In this document: positions 19,501-28,181 of the stretch, in pieces
Numbering within the stretch: the first letter of the stretch is position 1
Layout: each line of letters starts with the position of its first letter
Assembly: GCF_000018105.1 (NCBI RefSeq)
Contig: NC_009925.1
Coordinates: forward strand, 3,630,001 to 3,662,000
DNA: 32,000 nucleotides
Source: Acaryochloris marina MBIC11017
Lineage (GTDB): Bacteria > Cyanobacteriota > Cyanobacteriia > Thermosynechococcales > Thermosynechococcaceae
Direction: 5' to 3'
The notes under the pieces: generated by a model
What the model was told of the DNA's origin: nothing
Seen by the model: only the letters and a program-made list of their open reading frames with translations
Database searches by the model: none
Translations under genes and position numbers: made by a program

Positions 19501-20494
19501 AATTGAAGAGTTGCTAGAAGCTCGCAAACCTAAGGAGATGTGTACCCTGGCGCAACGCTCGGGAACCTGCCAGGTGATCTACAACGATGATGACAGTATC
19601 GAAGTCAAAATTGTTGAGCAGGATGGGACTATTACCGACTATCCCATCGGACCTGGGCAAAACCCCATTGTTTTGGATGGTCAGACGGTTGAGGCGGGCG
19701 AAGCGGTGACCGATGGTCCGCTGAACCCCCATGACATTCTGGAAATTTATTTCCGATTCCACCGGGAGACGAAAGGGGTTTATGAATCTGCGTTGCTAAG
19801 TTTGCAGAAGGTCCAAAATTTCTTAGTCAATGGTGTGCAGTCGGTGTATCAATCTCAGGGGATTGATATTGCGGATAAGCATATTGAAGTGGTGGTCCGT
19901 CAGATGACCTCTAAGGTCCGAATCGATGATGGGGGTGATACCACGATGCTGCCAGGAGAGCTAATTGATCTGTACCAAGTGGAACAGGTGAATGCAGCCA
20001 TGTCAATTACGGGTGGTGCTCCGGCTGAATATACGCCTGTGTTATTGGGGATTACCAAAGCATCCTTGAACACGGATAGCTTTATCTCAGCTGCGAGTTT
20101 CCAAGAAACCACTCGAGTTCTAACTGAAGCCGCGATTCAGGGCAAATCTGATTGGTTGCGCGGTTTGAAAGAGAATGTGATTATTGGGCGCCTAATTCCT
20201 GCGGGTACAGGTTTTAATTCCTATGATGACGGTGGTTTAGGAGAACCTGATCCTTCCTTTGAAGGTATGCCCTTTACGGATGATGATGATGTGATTGATG
20301 ACCGCACAGCGCGGAATTACAACATCAATGATGTCAAACCGTTCTCTGGCGAACGGCCTGCTTATGATCCCAGCAAGCCTGGTGAACAGCAGCGGTCTAT
20401 GCTTGGCATTGATCCTGCGGCAGTTGGGGATGATACCTTGATTGACGATCAAGTGGCTGAGAAGCTGAATGCCAATCTGGAAGGCGACCAGTAA
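16502..20494 (+). CDS. rpoC2: DNA-directed RNA polymerase subunit beta-prime (C-terminal half), with a large trigger-loop insertion
   Basis: Bridge helix and trigger-loop motifs are present ('[25 protein letters not shown]', 'MRTFHTGGV', '[17 protein letters not shown]'). I prefer the ATG at 16502 (MAENS..., GGAGAAG SD at 16490) to the tracked TTG at 16487. Confidence 0.97.
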
Positions 20495-20502
20495 TCAGTA
20501 AA

Positions 20503-20533
20503 AGAAGGGGCTCAATTGGAGCCCCTTCTCTTT
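20503..20533 (+). terminator. Rho-independent terminator of the rpoB-rpoC1-rpoC2 operon
   Basis: Perfect 11-bp GC-rich stem AGAAGGGGCTC (20503..20513) / GAGCCCCTTCT (20519..20529) with loop AATTG, followed by CTTT. It starts 9 nt after the rpoC2 stop. Confidence 0.8.
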
Positions 20534-20601
20534 AGGTTAATTGGCAGATTTTCGTTGAGAGATCTAAAGTCTGGTCGTCGAAAAAGCATGAGGGAATCAC
20601 C

Positions 20602-21459
20602 ATGCGGGCTAGAATTCGCGACACTGAACTTTACTTTGATGTGGAAGGTTCTGAACTTGCGATCGCAACCTCCCACATCCAGCAAAAACCCGTATTCTTT
20701 GTCATCCATGGTGGGCCAGGAGTCGATCATACGACCTGCCGCCCCGTCCTATCGCCGCTCAGTGAAATCGCTCAACTCGTCTATTTTGACCATCGGGGGC
20801 ATGGTCGCTCGGCACGGGGTAATCCGGAGACCTATACTCTGGACAATAATGTTGAAGATCTGGAGGCACTGCGCCAACATTTAGGGCTAGAACGGATTGG
20901 ATTGCTTGGGTTTTCCTATGGTGGGATGGTAGCCCTCGCCTATGCGAGCCGCTATCCTCGACATGTGTCTCAGTTGATTCCTGTTGTCACCGCTGCTGAT
21001 TCTCGTTTTCTAGCCTTAGCCCAGGCAAAGCTAGCTAAAGATGGAACCCCTGAGCAGCAAGCGATTGCCCAACTGCTATGGGATGGCAAGTTTGAATCTG
21101 AGCAGCAACTCCAGGACTATTTTCAACTGTTAGGTCCGCTCTATTCTCTGACGTTCGATCTCGATAAGTCGATGGAGGCTTGGCGTCGAGTGATTTTTAA
21201 TCCTGAAGCGATCAATCAAGCTTTTGGAGGCTTTTTGAGAACCTATGATATTCGAGCTGACCTGCCTCAAATCTGCGCGCCAACCCTAGTGATCGGCGCT
21301 GAGCAAGATTGGATTTGCCCACCCCAATTTTCGGAAGAGATTGCTCAAGCTATTCCGAAGGCCAAGTTAGGCATTATCCCTAATTCTGGCCATTCGGTTC
21401 GGGCAGATGCACCTGAAAAATTGCTCGAACTCATATCAAATTTTGTGAAGGGGGTGTGA
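20602..21459 (+). CDS. Alpha/beta hydrolase, proline iminopeptidase-like (S33 family)
   Basis: 285 aa with 'VIHGGPG' oxyanion region, nucleophile elbow 'GFSYGG' and C-terminal 'SGHS'. GAGGGA SD sequence upstream of the ATG. Confidence 0.85.
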   Translation: MRARIRDTELYFDVEGSELAIATSHIQQKPVFFVIHGGPGVDHTTCRPVLSPLSEIAQLVYFDHRGHGRSARGNPETYTLDNNVEDLEALRQHLGLERIGLLGFSYGGMVALAYASRYPRHVSQLIPVVTAADSRFLALAQAKLAKDGTPEQQAIAQLLWDGKFESEQQLQDYFQLLGPLYSLTFDLDKSMEAWRRVIFNPEAINQAFGGFLRTYDIRADLPQICAPTLVIGAEQDWICPPQFSEEIAQAIPKAKLGIIPNSGHSVRADAPEKLLELISNFVKGV

Positions 21460-21488
21460 TGCCAATACGTTCAACACAAGACTTCGAA

Positions 21489-22871
21489 TCATACTGCAGA
21501 TTCTAGCGGTACTGCTTGTCGGAGATTGCAGGTTCTTTGATTCCAAAAATAAGCACCCACCCCAGTCAGAAGGTTAGACAGGCCCGTGGCGATAAAAATG
21601 CCTTGAATACCAAAGAAGTGTGACCCTAAATAAGCCATCGGAATATAGAGTACAAACATTCTGATGGCCGTCATGACCACGGAAGGAATGGGTTTACCTA
21701 AGGCATTAAAGGTGGCGCTGGAGACTTGAATAATTCCTGCTGGAGCATAGGTAATAGGCACGATGAGGAGATATAGGGCTGCGATCGCAACCACCTCAGG
21801 GTTGCCATTAAACGAACTCACCAATTGCTTGCCGGTGGCTGCCAACAACACCGCCATCAACATGCCCCAAAATAAACAAAACTGGAAGCTGACTTTAAGG
21901 GAACGCTGCACCCGACTATAAGCTTTGGCGCCCCAGTTTTGCCCCACAAAAGGTCCCATACTTGCTGCCAAGGCAAATAATGTGATCAATGCGAATGATT
22001 CTACTCGCGATGCTACTCCAAAGGCGGCGACAGCTTCTTCTCCATAAAAAGCCAGGAGACTGGTGATTATGCCCACAGAAATAGGTGTAATCATACTAGT
22101 CATGGCTGCTGGCAGACCAATACGGAGGATATCCAACCAGCATCTCAGCATCTCCGATAGCTTAGGGCGTTGGAAGCAGAGCAGATGCTCTTTGAAATGG
22201 AGAACAACAAGAGAGGCAATAAAGGTGAGGGCGCGGGCAATCACTGTTGCGATGGCGGCCCCCTGAAGTTCTAAGCGCGGTAAGCCCGCTAAACCTAGGA
22301 TAAACAGGGGATCTAAGGCAATATTAATACCCGCGGCGACGGTCATAATGATGCTGGGGGTAGCCGTATTCCCGGCTGCACGGATGGCGCTGTTCCCCAC
22401 CATCGGCACCACCAAGAAAATCATACCCAGATACCAGATCTGCATATAGTCCCGCACCAGGGGAAGAACGTCTGGCGTTGCTCCCAAAGCCGTGAAGAGT
22501 GGATCAATCGTCAATAGGCCCACCACAATAAAAACCCCAACAATAGCTAGAGCCAACGTCAAACTATTGGTGGTAAAGCGCTGTACCCGGGTTTGATCGC
22601 CTTCACCAATCGCTCGGGCAATAATTGAAGCTGCTCCCGTTCCCAATCCCATGGCTAAGCTGCCAAACGTTGTGACCACGGGAAAGGTGAAACTCATGGC
22701 TGCCAGTTCTTGAGTACCGAGCTGACCTACAAAATAGGTGTCTGCCAAATTGAAGGCAACAATCGTAAAAATCCCCCACACCAGCGGCAAGGTAAGTTTT
22801 ATCAATTGGGCACTAACATTGCCTTCCGTTAATCGCTGTCTCACGGTTCTTGGGGGAGTAGGTTGGGGCAT
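21489..22871 (-). CDS. MATE family efflux transporter
   Basis: 460 aa, about 12 predicted TM helices. The N-terminal 'LIKLTLPLVWGIFTIVAFNLADTYFVGQLG' and the internal repeat are typical of NorM/DinF-type MATE proteins. Confidence 0.88.
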   Translation of the reverse strand: MPQPTPPRTVRQRLTEGNVSAQLIKLTLPLVWGIFTIVAFNLADTYFVGQLGTQELAAMSFTFPVVTTFGSLAMGLGTGAASIIARAIGEGDQTRVQRFTTNSLTLALAIVGVFIVVGLLTIDPLFTALGATPDVLPLVRDYMQIWYLGMIFLVVPMVGNSAIRAAGNTATPSIIMTVAAGINIALDPLFILGLAGLPRLELQGAAIATVIARALTFIASLVVLHFKEHLLCFQRPKLSEMLRCWLDILRIGLPAAMTSMITPISVGIITSLLAFYGEEAVAAFGVASRVESFALITLFALAASMGPFVGQNWGAKAYSRVQRSLKVSFQFCLFWGMLMAVLLAATGKQLVSSFNGNPEVVAIAALYLLIVPITYAPAGIIQVSSATFNALGKPIPSVVMTAIRMFVLYIPMAYLGSHFFGIQGIFIATGLSNLLTGVGAYFWNQRTCNLRQAVPLESAV

Positions 22872-23050
22872 TTAGATCCAACGATGCCCAGCTTTGGGTC
22901 CAATCTCACTCAACATCGTTGCATTTCTTTACAAATCTTAAAGCATTTTGCCCACTCACCGCACAGCCGCTGTGCCGAAATGACGATAGGTAGACTGTGT
23001 ACCTATTGAATTAATAGGTGCGTTAATCCATATTTTAGGTGCGAACACTG

Positions 23051-24238
23051 TTAAGCAGGGCTATCCGTTGTTAGCTCTGGTGGTGCAGTGCGCCGCTGCA
23101 GCACGATAATATTTGACCCTACTACCGGCTCACGGGCTAGGAGCTGATCCGTTTGATCGCGAATTTCCAGTTTGGGAAAGTCCAGTTTGCGGCTCCTTTC
23201 CAGGGCATCTGTTCCCAACTGATTTTGTTCAGAACGAGACAATTCAAACCAGCGATCGCTCACCTTAATCACTAATCGTTCATCTTGGAAATTCGCTTGA
23301 ACAGACTGAACAATATCTTGAGAATATTGATCAAACACTTGGGCGACCTGAGACTGTACCTCAATAATTTGTTTCCGCTCTGGTTCAGGCGGGGGAGGTG
23401 GCTCTTCGACAGGAGCCTTTGTAACAGGTGTCGAAGGCGGTGAGACCGGGTTAGGTTGAGCAACAGGAGCAGGCGCTTTCGCGACCGGAGCGGGGGCTGG
23501 CGGTTGCTGAACGGCGGGTTGACTCGGGGGGATAAGGGATGAAAATAGCCAATAGATCAGGGTTGCAAAGCTGAGAATAACAACCGTTAAAAACCGATCT
23601 GAGAATGACTTTAATCCATTGGGGAAGCGACCCCGCAGAATTTTCAGTCCTATCCCCCAGATGGGCTTAATCACCACATTGCCGAGGGTGACAATAACGT
23701 TATTCCATAGCCAGCTAATGGCTTTAACAACAGGCTCTATTTTGCTGTAAAACGAGGTCTTTTGGACCTGATTGCCGATGGCAGAGAGGATAGAGCCTAG
23801 AACCTTGCCGACGGTGCCGACGATTTGGGTCAGAACGGCTTCAATTGGAGAAGTGCCAACATCGCCTTGAGCAGAGTCGGCCTTAGACTTGTCTCCTTTG
23901 GTAGCTGTGGCTTTTGGCCCTTTGCCAGACTTAGGTCCTGCTGATTTGGGCTTGTCAGCCTTCGGCTTGCCAGTTCGATCGGTCGCAGCAGAGACAGTCT
24001 CTTTTTTTTCTGCAGCTTGGGAAGAAGACTTGGGAGCCGATTTGGGTGAATCCGAAGGGGTATCGGCAGGCTTTACCTTGGTAGATGAGTCAGGAGTCGT
24101 AGCGGTTGACTCTGCCTGAGCAGGAGGATCGATGGTGGAGGCTTTATCAGAATCAGAAGCGTCGGGTTTTTCAAGGTTAGGTTGGGGCTCCTTGATATCT
24201 GCTTCTGATTCCGCAGGGGTAGGTTGCTCTTCTGGCAT
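23051..24238 (-). CDS. Hypothetical membrane protein with a long K/P/S/A-rich disordered N-terminus and a conserved-looking C-terminal domain
   Basis: 395-aa ORF. The first ~125 aa are low complexity (KPKADKPKSAGPKSGKGPKATATKGDKSKADS). The middle is hydrophobic, followed by a Pro/Ala linker and a ~110-aa C-terminal globular-looking segment. I recognise no family. Confidence 0.7.
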   Translation of the reverse strand: MPEEQPTPAESEADIKEPQPNLEKPDASDSDKASTIDPPAQAESTATTPDSSTKVKPADTPSDSPKSAPKSSSQAAEKKETVSAATDRTGKPKADKPKSAGPKSGKGPKATATKGDKSKADSAQGDVGTSPIEAVLTQIVGTVGKVLGSILSAIGNQVQKTSFYSKIEPVVKAISWLWNNVIVTLGNVVIKPIWGIGLKILRGRFPNGLKSFSDRFLTVVILSFATLIYWLFSSLIPPSQPAVQQPPAPAPVAKAPAPVAQPNPVSPPSTPVTKAPVEEPPPPPEPERKQIIEVQSQVAQVFDQYSQDIVQSVQANFQDERLVIKVSDRWFELSRSEQNQLGTDALERSRKLDFPKLEIRDQTDQLLAREPVVGSNIIVLQRRTAPPELTTDSPA

Positions 24239-24421
24239 AGGTTTAGAACAAAAGACAGAATTTGGCTGATTCTCAAAACGTAAGCAGGCTACCGCTGCTC
24301 AGCCCTAATCTATCATCAAACCGGTATGCCAAGTGGCCCATTCAAGTAACGAATGACTAACGAATGGGCGATACCAAACGGTGAAGAAACAGAGATGCTA
24401 GTTCGTTTGCTACAGCTGTAC

Positions 24422-24592
24422 TTAAGACAGCGTGGCAGCAAAGGCACAAAGACCGACCACTAGGAGAACACCACCGACTGTCAATGCCATATTGAGTGTT
24501 TTCTTTTGATCGGATGCAGGCTCGGCTGCATAGGATTTGGGCTCGACGGCAAAATTATTGACGAGACCTCGGTCTTCAGTGGTATAAGGCAT
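24422..24592 (-). CDS. psb34: ssl1498/Psb34-like small light-harvesting-like protein
   Basis: The 56-aa product 'MPYTTEDRGLVNNFAVEPKSYAAEP...' with a single C-terminal TM helix matches my memory of the ssl1498 (Psb34, PSII assembly) family. I prefer the ATG at 24592 to the tracked GTG at 24619. Confidence 0.6.
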   Translation of the reverse strand: MPYTTEDRGLVNNFAVEPKSYAAEPASDQKKTLNMALTVGGVLLVVGLCAFAATLS

Positions 24593-24621
24593 AGTTAAAG
24601 AAAGTTCATTAAGTTTCACGA

Positions 24622-24627
24622 ATTATA
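24622..24627 (-). promoter_or_regulatory. Candidate -10 box (TATAAT) for the psb34-like gene
   Basis: A perfect TATAAT on the minus strand lies ~30 nt upstream of the ATG at 24592. There is no clear -35. Confidence 0.3.
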
Positions 24628-24794
24628 ACAGACCGCCTACAACACCAAATGTTTGTGGTGACAGCATTTTCATCCGTTTTATAACGAACATTACTGTAAC
24701 GAGAACGTCATAATCTCTTTTTTTATCCTCAGGTTGTGAGAAGAGCCTTTAGATTTTTTTAATAAGCTAGTCGCGGAAAAGAGAAACTTCTTCC

Positions 24795-25622
24795 CTAGCT
24801 AGAAATTCGACCCGCCAAGGGAGAACTGGCACTGGCATAGGCTTTGACTGGGATGCGTCCCGATTGGTAGGCGAATCGTCCTGCTTGGGTGGCCATCCCC
24901 ATGGCAGTTGCCATCATCACTGGATCTTGGGCTTTAGCAATGGCTGTATTGATTAACACTGCATCAGCCCCCATCTCCATGGCTTGTGCTGCTTCACTGG
25001 GAGAACCGATGCCGGCGTCTACGACGACTGGTACTGTGGCATTCTCAATAATGATCTGAATATTGGCCATATTTTTGATCCCTTGCCCCGATCCAATAGG
25101 CGATCCAAGGGGCATGACGGTAGCACAGCCGACTTCTTCTAGGCGCTTAGCTAACAGGGGATCGGCATTAATATAAGGCAGAACAGCGAACCCCTCTTTA
25201 ACCAATTGTTCAGCCGCCTCCAAGGTGCCGATGGGATCAGGTAGCAAGTACTTAGAGTCTGGGATCACCTCTAGCTTGATAAAGTTATTGTCTTCTTGCC
25301 CTAACAGCTTGGCCATTTCTCGACCGAGCCGGGCGACCCGAACGGCCTCTTCTGCTGTTTGGCAACCAGCGGTATTCGGGAGCATCCATACCTTGTTCCA
25401 ATCCACAGCTTCAGCTAAGCCTTGATGTCCAGGGGCGTTGGTTTGCACCCGACGCACAGCGACAGTCACAATTTCACAACCACTGGCCGCAATACTGCGC
25501 CGCATCGTTTCAAAATCGTCATATTTGCCGGTACCGGTCATTAACCTTGACTGGAACTGTCGATGACCGATTTGTAGGGTCTCAGTCGTCGCAGCCGAAG
25601 AGGAAGAATCAATGGTTTGCAT
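24795..25622 (-). CDS. thiG: Thiazole synthase
   Basis: '[19 protein letters not shown]', 'IKLEVI', '[13 protein letters not shown]' and 'VVDAGIG.PS.A' are canonical ThiG motifs. The start is either the ATG at 25622 or the tracked TTG at 25628. Confidence 0.93.
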   Translation of the reverse strand: MQTIDSSSSAATTETLQIGHRQFQSRLMTGTGKYDDFETMRRSIAASGCEIVTVAVRRVQTNAPGHQGLAEAVDWNKVWMLPNTAGCQTAEEAVRVARLGREMAKLLGQEDNNFIKLEVIPDSKYLLPDPIGTLEAAEQLVKEGFAVLPYINADPLLAKRLEEVGCATVMPLGSPIGSGQGIKNMANIQIIIENATVPVVVDAGIGSPSEAAQAMEMGADAVLINTAIAKAQDPVMMATAMGMATQAGRFAYQSGRIPVKAYASASSPLAGRISS

Positions 25623-25721
25623 AGCCAAGGATAAAGGTCTAAGAAAAGTTCAGCAATGAAGGGAAACTGCCGCTAGGCTAGTGAAGTATCTCACATTATA
25701 AGAAACCAACTTGCGGTCATG

Positions 25722-25747
25722 GGAACCCCCTATTTATCCCCTGCGTC
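25722..25747 (+). promoter_or_regulatory. Candidate ECF-type (autoregulated) promoter: GGAAC-N17-CGTC
   Basis: GGAAC (25722..25726), a 17-nt spacer, then CGTC (25744..25747), 36 nt upstream of the ECF sigma ATG. 'AAC' in the -35 and 'CGT' in the -10 are the hallmark of ECF promoters. Confidence 0.45.
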
Positions 25748-25782
25748 AGAAAGGGCAGGTGTAATTATGGTCAATTCCATTC

Positions 25783-26445
25783 ATGACAGCCAGTCTTCAG
25801 GTATCTTGGTCAAGGGTTAGGGTTGAGGATTCAGAACCTCACGTGCAAATACCAGCAGCGAAACTTGGCAACTCTGAGCTGGTGCAACTTTGTCAAGCTG
25901 GGTTGCGCCCCGATCGTGTTGCTTTTACAGAACTCCTCAGACGCTACCAGTCTCATGTCGATCGGGTGCTGTATCATCTCGCTCCCGATTGGGATGATCG
26001 CGCCGATTTAGCCCAAGAAGTGTGGATCCGAGTCTATCGAAATATCAGCCGTCTCAAGGAACCAGCGAAGTTCCGAGGGTGGTTGAGTCGGATTACCACC
26101 AATTTGTTCTACGACGAACTTCGCAAGCGTAAGCGCCACCGCAGCCCCCTGTCTCTGGACGCACGGCTGACCATGGAAGATGGTGATATTGCTTGGGAAA
26201 TTGCGTCAGGAGAGCCGGGACCGGATGAAAGCTTGGCCACCCATGAGTTTTACGGTCAACTTAATGATGCGATCTCAGAACTCCCAGAAGCGTTTCGTAC
26301 CACGATTGTTTTGCGAGAAATTGAAGGCTTAGCCTACGAAGAAATTGCTGAAATTACGGGTGTTTCCTTGGGAACGGTTAAATCTCGGATTGCTCGAGCT
26401 CGTTTGCGGCTACAAGGGCAATTGCAAAATTATCTTAAAGGTTGA
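25783..26445 (+). CDS. ECF (group 4) sigma-70 family sigma factor, cyanobacterial SigG-like
   Basis: 220 aa. Region 2 is 'DLAQEVWIRVYRNI...F.GWL..IT.NL..D..R' and region 4 is 'FRTTIVLREIEGLAYEEIAEITGVSLGTVKSRIARAR'. Confidence 0.9.
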   Translation: MTASLQVSWSRVRVEDSEPHVQIPAAKLGNSELVQLCQAGLRPDRVAFTELLRRYQSHVDRVLYHLAPDWDDRADLAQEVWIRVYRNISRLKEPAKFRGWLSRITTNLFYDELRKRKRHRSPLSLDARLTMEDGDIAWEIASGEPGPDESLATHEFYGQLNDAISELPEAFRTTIVLREIEGLAYEEIAEITGVSLGTVKSRIARARLRLQGQLQNYLKG

Positions 26446-26698
26446 CGTTAAATTCTTCATCAAAGTTGATCATTCTAAGGATATAGAAGTAAAACCTTTA
26501 ACACTTCTTTGTCGGTCTCCTAAACATACGTTAGATTTAAACTAGGCTTTCATTCATGAAACGCTTGCTTGAGATACCGACCTGGTATCAGCTTTTTGTC
26601 TCAGGTAGATGACCGTACTGATCACCTTCTGTACTAATCAGGGTGAGACATTTATTTATTTCATCTAAACCTCCCAATCGGGCAAGTGAGATACTGCT

Positions 26699-27190
26699 AT
26701 GGATGACATTAAAACAATAGAATTTGATCGGTTTGAGCTGCTGAGTGCCTATCTGGACGATGAGGCCTCTGCTGCTGAGCGGAAGCAAGTAGAAGCTTGG
26801 CTAGCAACTGACCCTGAATTTAGTCAGTGCTATCAGCAACTTCTGCAACTCCAGCGTGGCTTCCAGGCTACCCCTGTGCCTGCCTCGACGTCAGCGGAAC
26901 AAACAGCAGAAGCGGTGTTCGCCCAAGTAGAGCGCAAGCCAAAATTAGCCCTGTGGGCGACAGTAGGAACTGCAGCGGCTGTGGGTGTCGCAGCGATAAC
27001 GAGCCTCTTCTCTGGGGGAGGATCTTTGGTCCCCCAAACAGCTCAGAATCCTGATAATGCAGAGAGTTCTACCGTGGCCATTAACTCTTCATCGGATAAC
27101 TTGAAGCCCTCGGATCTTTTGATTGCCATTGACCAATCTCCCGTCGATATTCCCGTGGCGATTAACATCTCAGATACAGATGCGCGGTAG
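26699..27190 (+). CDS. Membrane anti-sigma factor (SapG-like)
   Basis: 163 aa. The N-terminal anti-sigma domain pattern is 'FELLSAYLDDEASAAERKQVEAWLATDPEF..CYQQL', with a single TM helix 'LALWATVGTAAAVGVAAITSLF'. It lies downstream of the ECF sigma gene. Confidence 0.75.
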   Translation: MDDIKTIEFDRFELLSAYLDDEASAAERKQVEAWLATDPEFSQCYQQLLQLQRGFQATPVPASTSAEQTAEAVFAQVERKPKLALWATVGTAAAVGVAAITSLFSGGGSLVPQTAQNPDNAESSTVAINSSSDNLKPSDLLIAIDQSPVDIPVAINISDTDAR

Positions 27191-28078
27191 CTAGCGCAGC
27201 AATGATCCGGTAATCATGCCGACTAATAAGAGTAATCCGATCCAGACGTTTTGGCGAAAAAGCTGACCATAGGCGCTAGGAACTAGGTTTTTACGCCTGA
27301 GTCGGTAAATTTGCCGCCACCAGAGATAGGTACTGAGTCCTAGGGATGTCCAATACCCAAAGTGGAGATTGAGGGCGTACCCCAGCATTCCTAAACAGAT
27401 AACAGTAGCTACTAAAAAGCAGGCAATAGCAGCTTCGGCATAGTTGCCAAAGAATAACGCACTGGAATTAATGCCCAGCCGCCGATCATCGGGGCGGTCA
27501 GGCATGGCATAGATAGTGTCAAAGCCCAACGTCCACAGTACTGTCGCAGCCCACAACAGCCAGGCTCCCAGGCTAAGATTGCCAACCGCTGCACTCCAGC
27601 TAATCAGCACTGAAAAGCCCCAAGCAATAGCCAAAACTAATTGTGGAACTGGAAACACTCGCTTGGCTAATGGGTAGCAGATAATCACGGGAACTGCAGC
27701 GACGCACAACCCAAAACTCAGAGGGTTGAGGAATCGGGATAGTCCAAACGCACAGGCAAAAGCAAGAAAAGCAATCGCTAAACCCACCCGAATGGTCAGA
27801 GACCGATCGGCTAAAGGTCGCTTGCGCGTGCGTTGAACCTGGGGATCAATATTGCGATCCCACAAATCATTCACAACACAACCGGCAGCACTGGTGGCCA
27901 GACTGCCGGTAATGATGATAGTAACGAGCCCTAAAGAGGGTTTACCTTGGGCTGCCAGGACAATGGCCCATAATGCCGGAATCATCAGGATTAAGCGGCC
28001 TTCTGGTTTATCCCATCGCAACAGTTTGATGATTGCGAACCAGGTGGGAGTAGACGGTTTGGACTGAAGGCGGGCCAT
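27191..28078 (-). CDS. ubiA: 4-hydroxybenzoate polyprenyl(solanesyl)transferase, UbiA family (plastoquinone pathway)
   Basis: 295 aa, multi-TM. It has the 'NDLWDRNIDPQVQRTRKRPLA' first Asp-rich motif and the 'YAMPDRPDDRRLG' second motif. Confidence 0.88.
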   Translation of the reverse strand: MARLQSKPSTPTWFAIIKLLRWDKPEGRLILMIPALWAIVLAAQGKPSLGLVTIIITGSLATSAAGCVVNDLWDRNIDPQVQRTRKRPLADRSLTIRVGLAIAFLAFACAFGLSRFLNPLSFGLCVAAVPVIICYPLAKRVFPVPQLVLAIAWGFSVLISWSAAVGNLSLGAWLLWAATVLWTLGFDTIYAMPDRPDDRRLGINSSALFFGNYAEAAIACFLVATVICLGMLGYALNLHFGYWTSLGLSTYLWWRQIYRLRRKNLVPSAYGQLFRQNVWIGLLLLVGMITGSLLR

Positions 28079-28181
28079 GCTGTTTCATCGTGAATTCCAT
28101 TACTAATCATGCCAAAGATTGAAAAGCATGGGATCAAGAAATGGAAATGATGAGGCAGGATTCGCTAGATATTTGATGAGG

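Noticed and set aside
12084-20452. Many 60-110-aa antisense or out-of-frame ORFs inside rpoB, rpoC1 and rpoC2 (e.g. 12084..12374, 15151..15480, 18310..18627, 19019..19351)
   Set aside because: They lie entirely within highly conserved RNA polymerase coding sequence. Their Arg/Ser/Leu-rich products are typical of frames antisense to real genes.
20516-20884. 122-aa ORF overlapping the rpoC2 terminator and the start of the alpha/beta hydrolase
   Set aside because: It would have to be translated through the terminator hairpin. It is out of frame with the clearly real hydrolase gene (HGGPG and GFSYGG motifs).
22872-23050. Possible riboswitch (e.g. guanidine/ykkC) in the leader of the MATE transporter
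   Set aside because: The leader has some stems (AACGATG...CATCGTT, ACCTATT...AATAGGT). I could not find any of the conserved ykkC or other riboswitch core sequences I remember.
24593-24720. RpaB-type HLR1 box upstream of the psb34-like gene
   Set aside because: Only one approximate half-site (ACTGTAAC, 24693..24700) is present. The required second direct repeat 10 bp away is absent.
25629-25782. TPP (THI-box) riboswitch upstream of thiG
   Set aside because: Neither a CUGAGA nor an ACCUGAUCUGGAUAAUGCCAGCG-like core is present on the minus strand. The region is better explained by divergent promoters.
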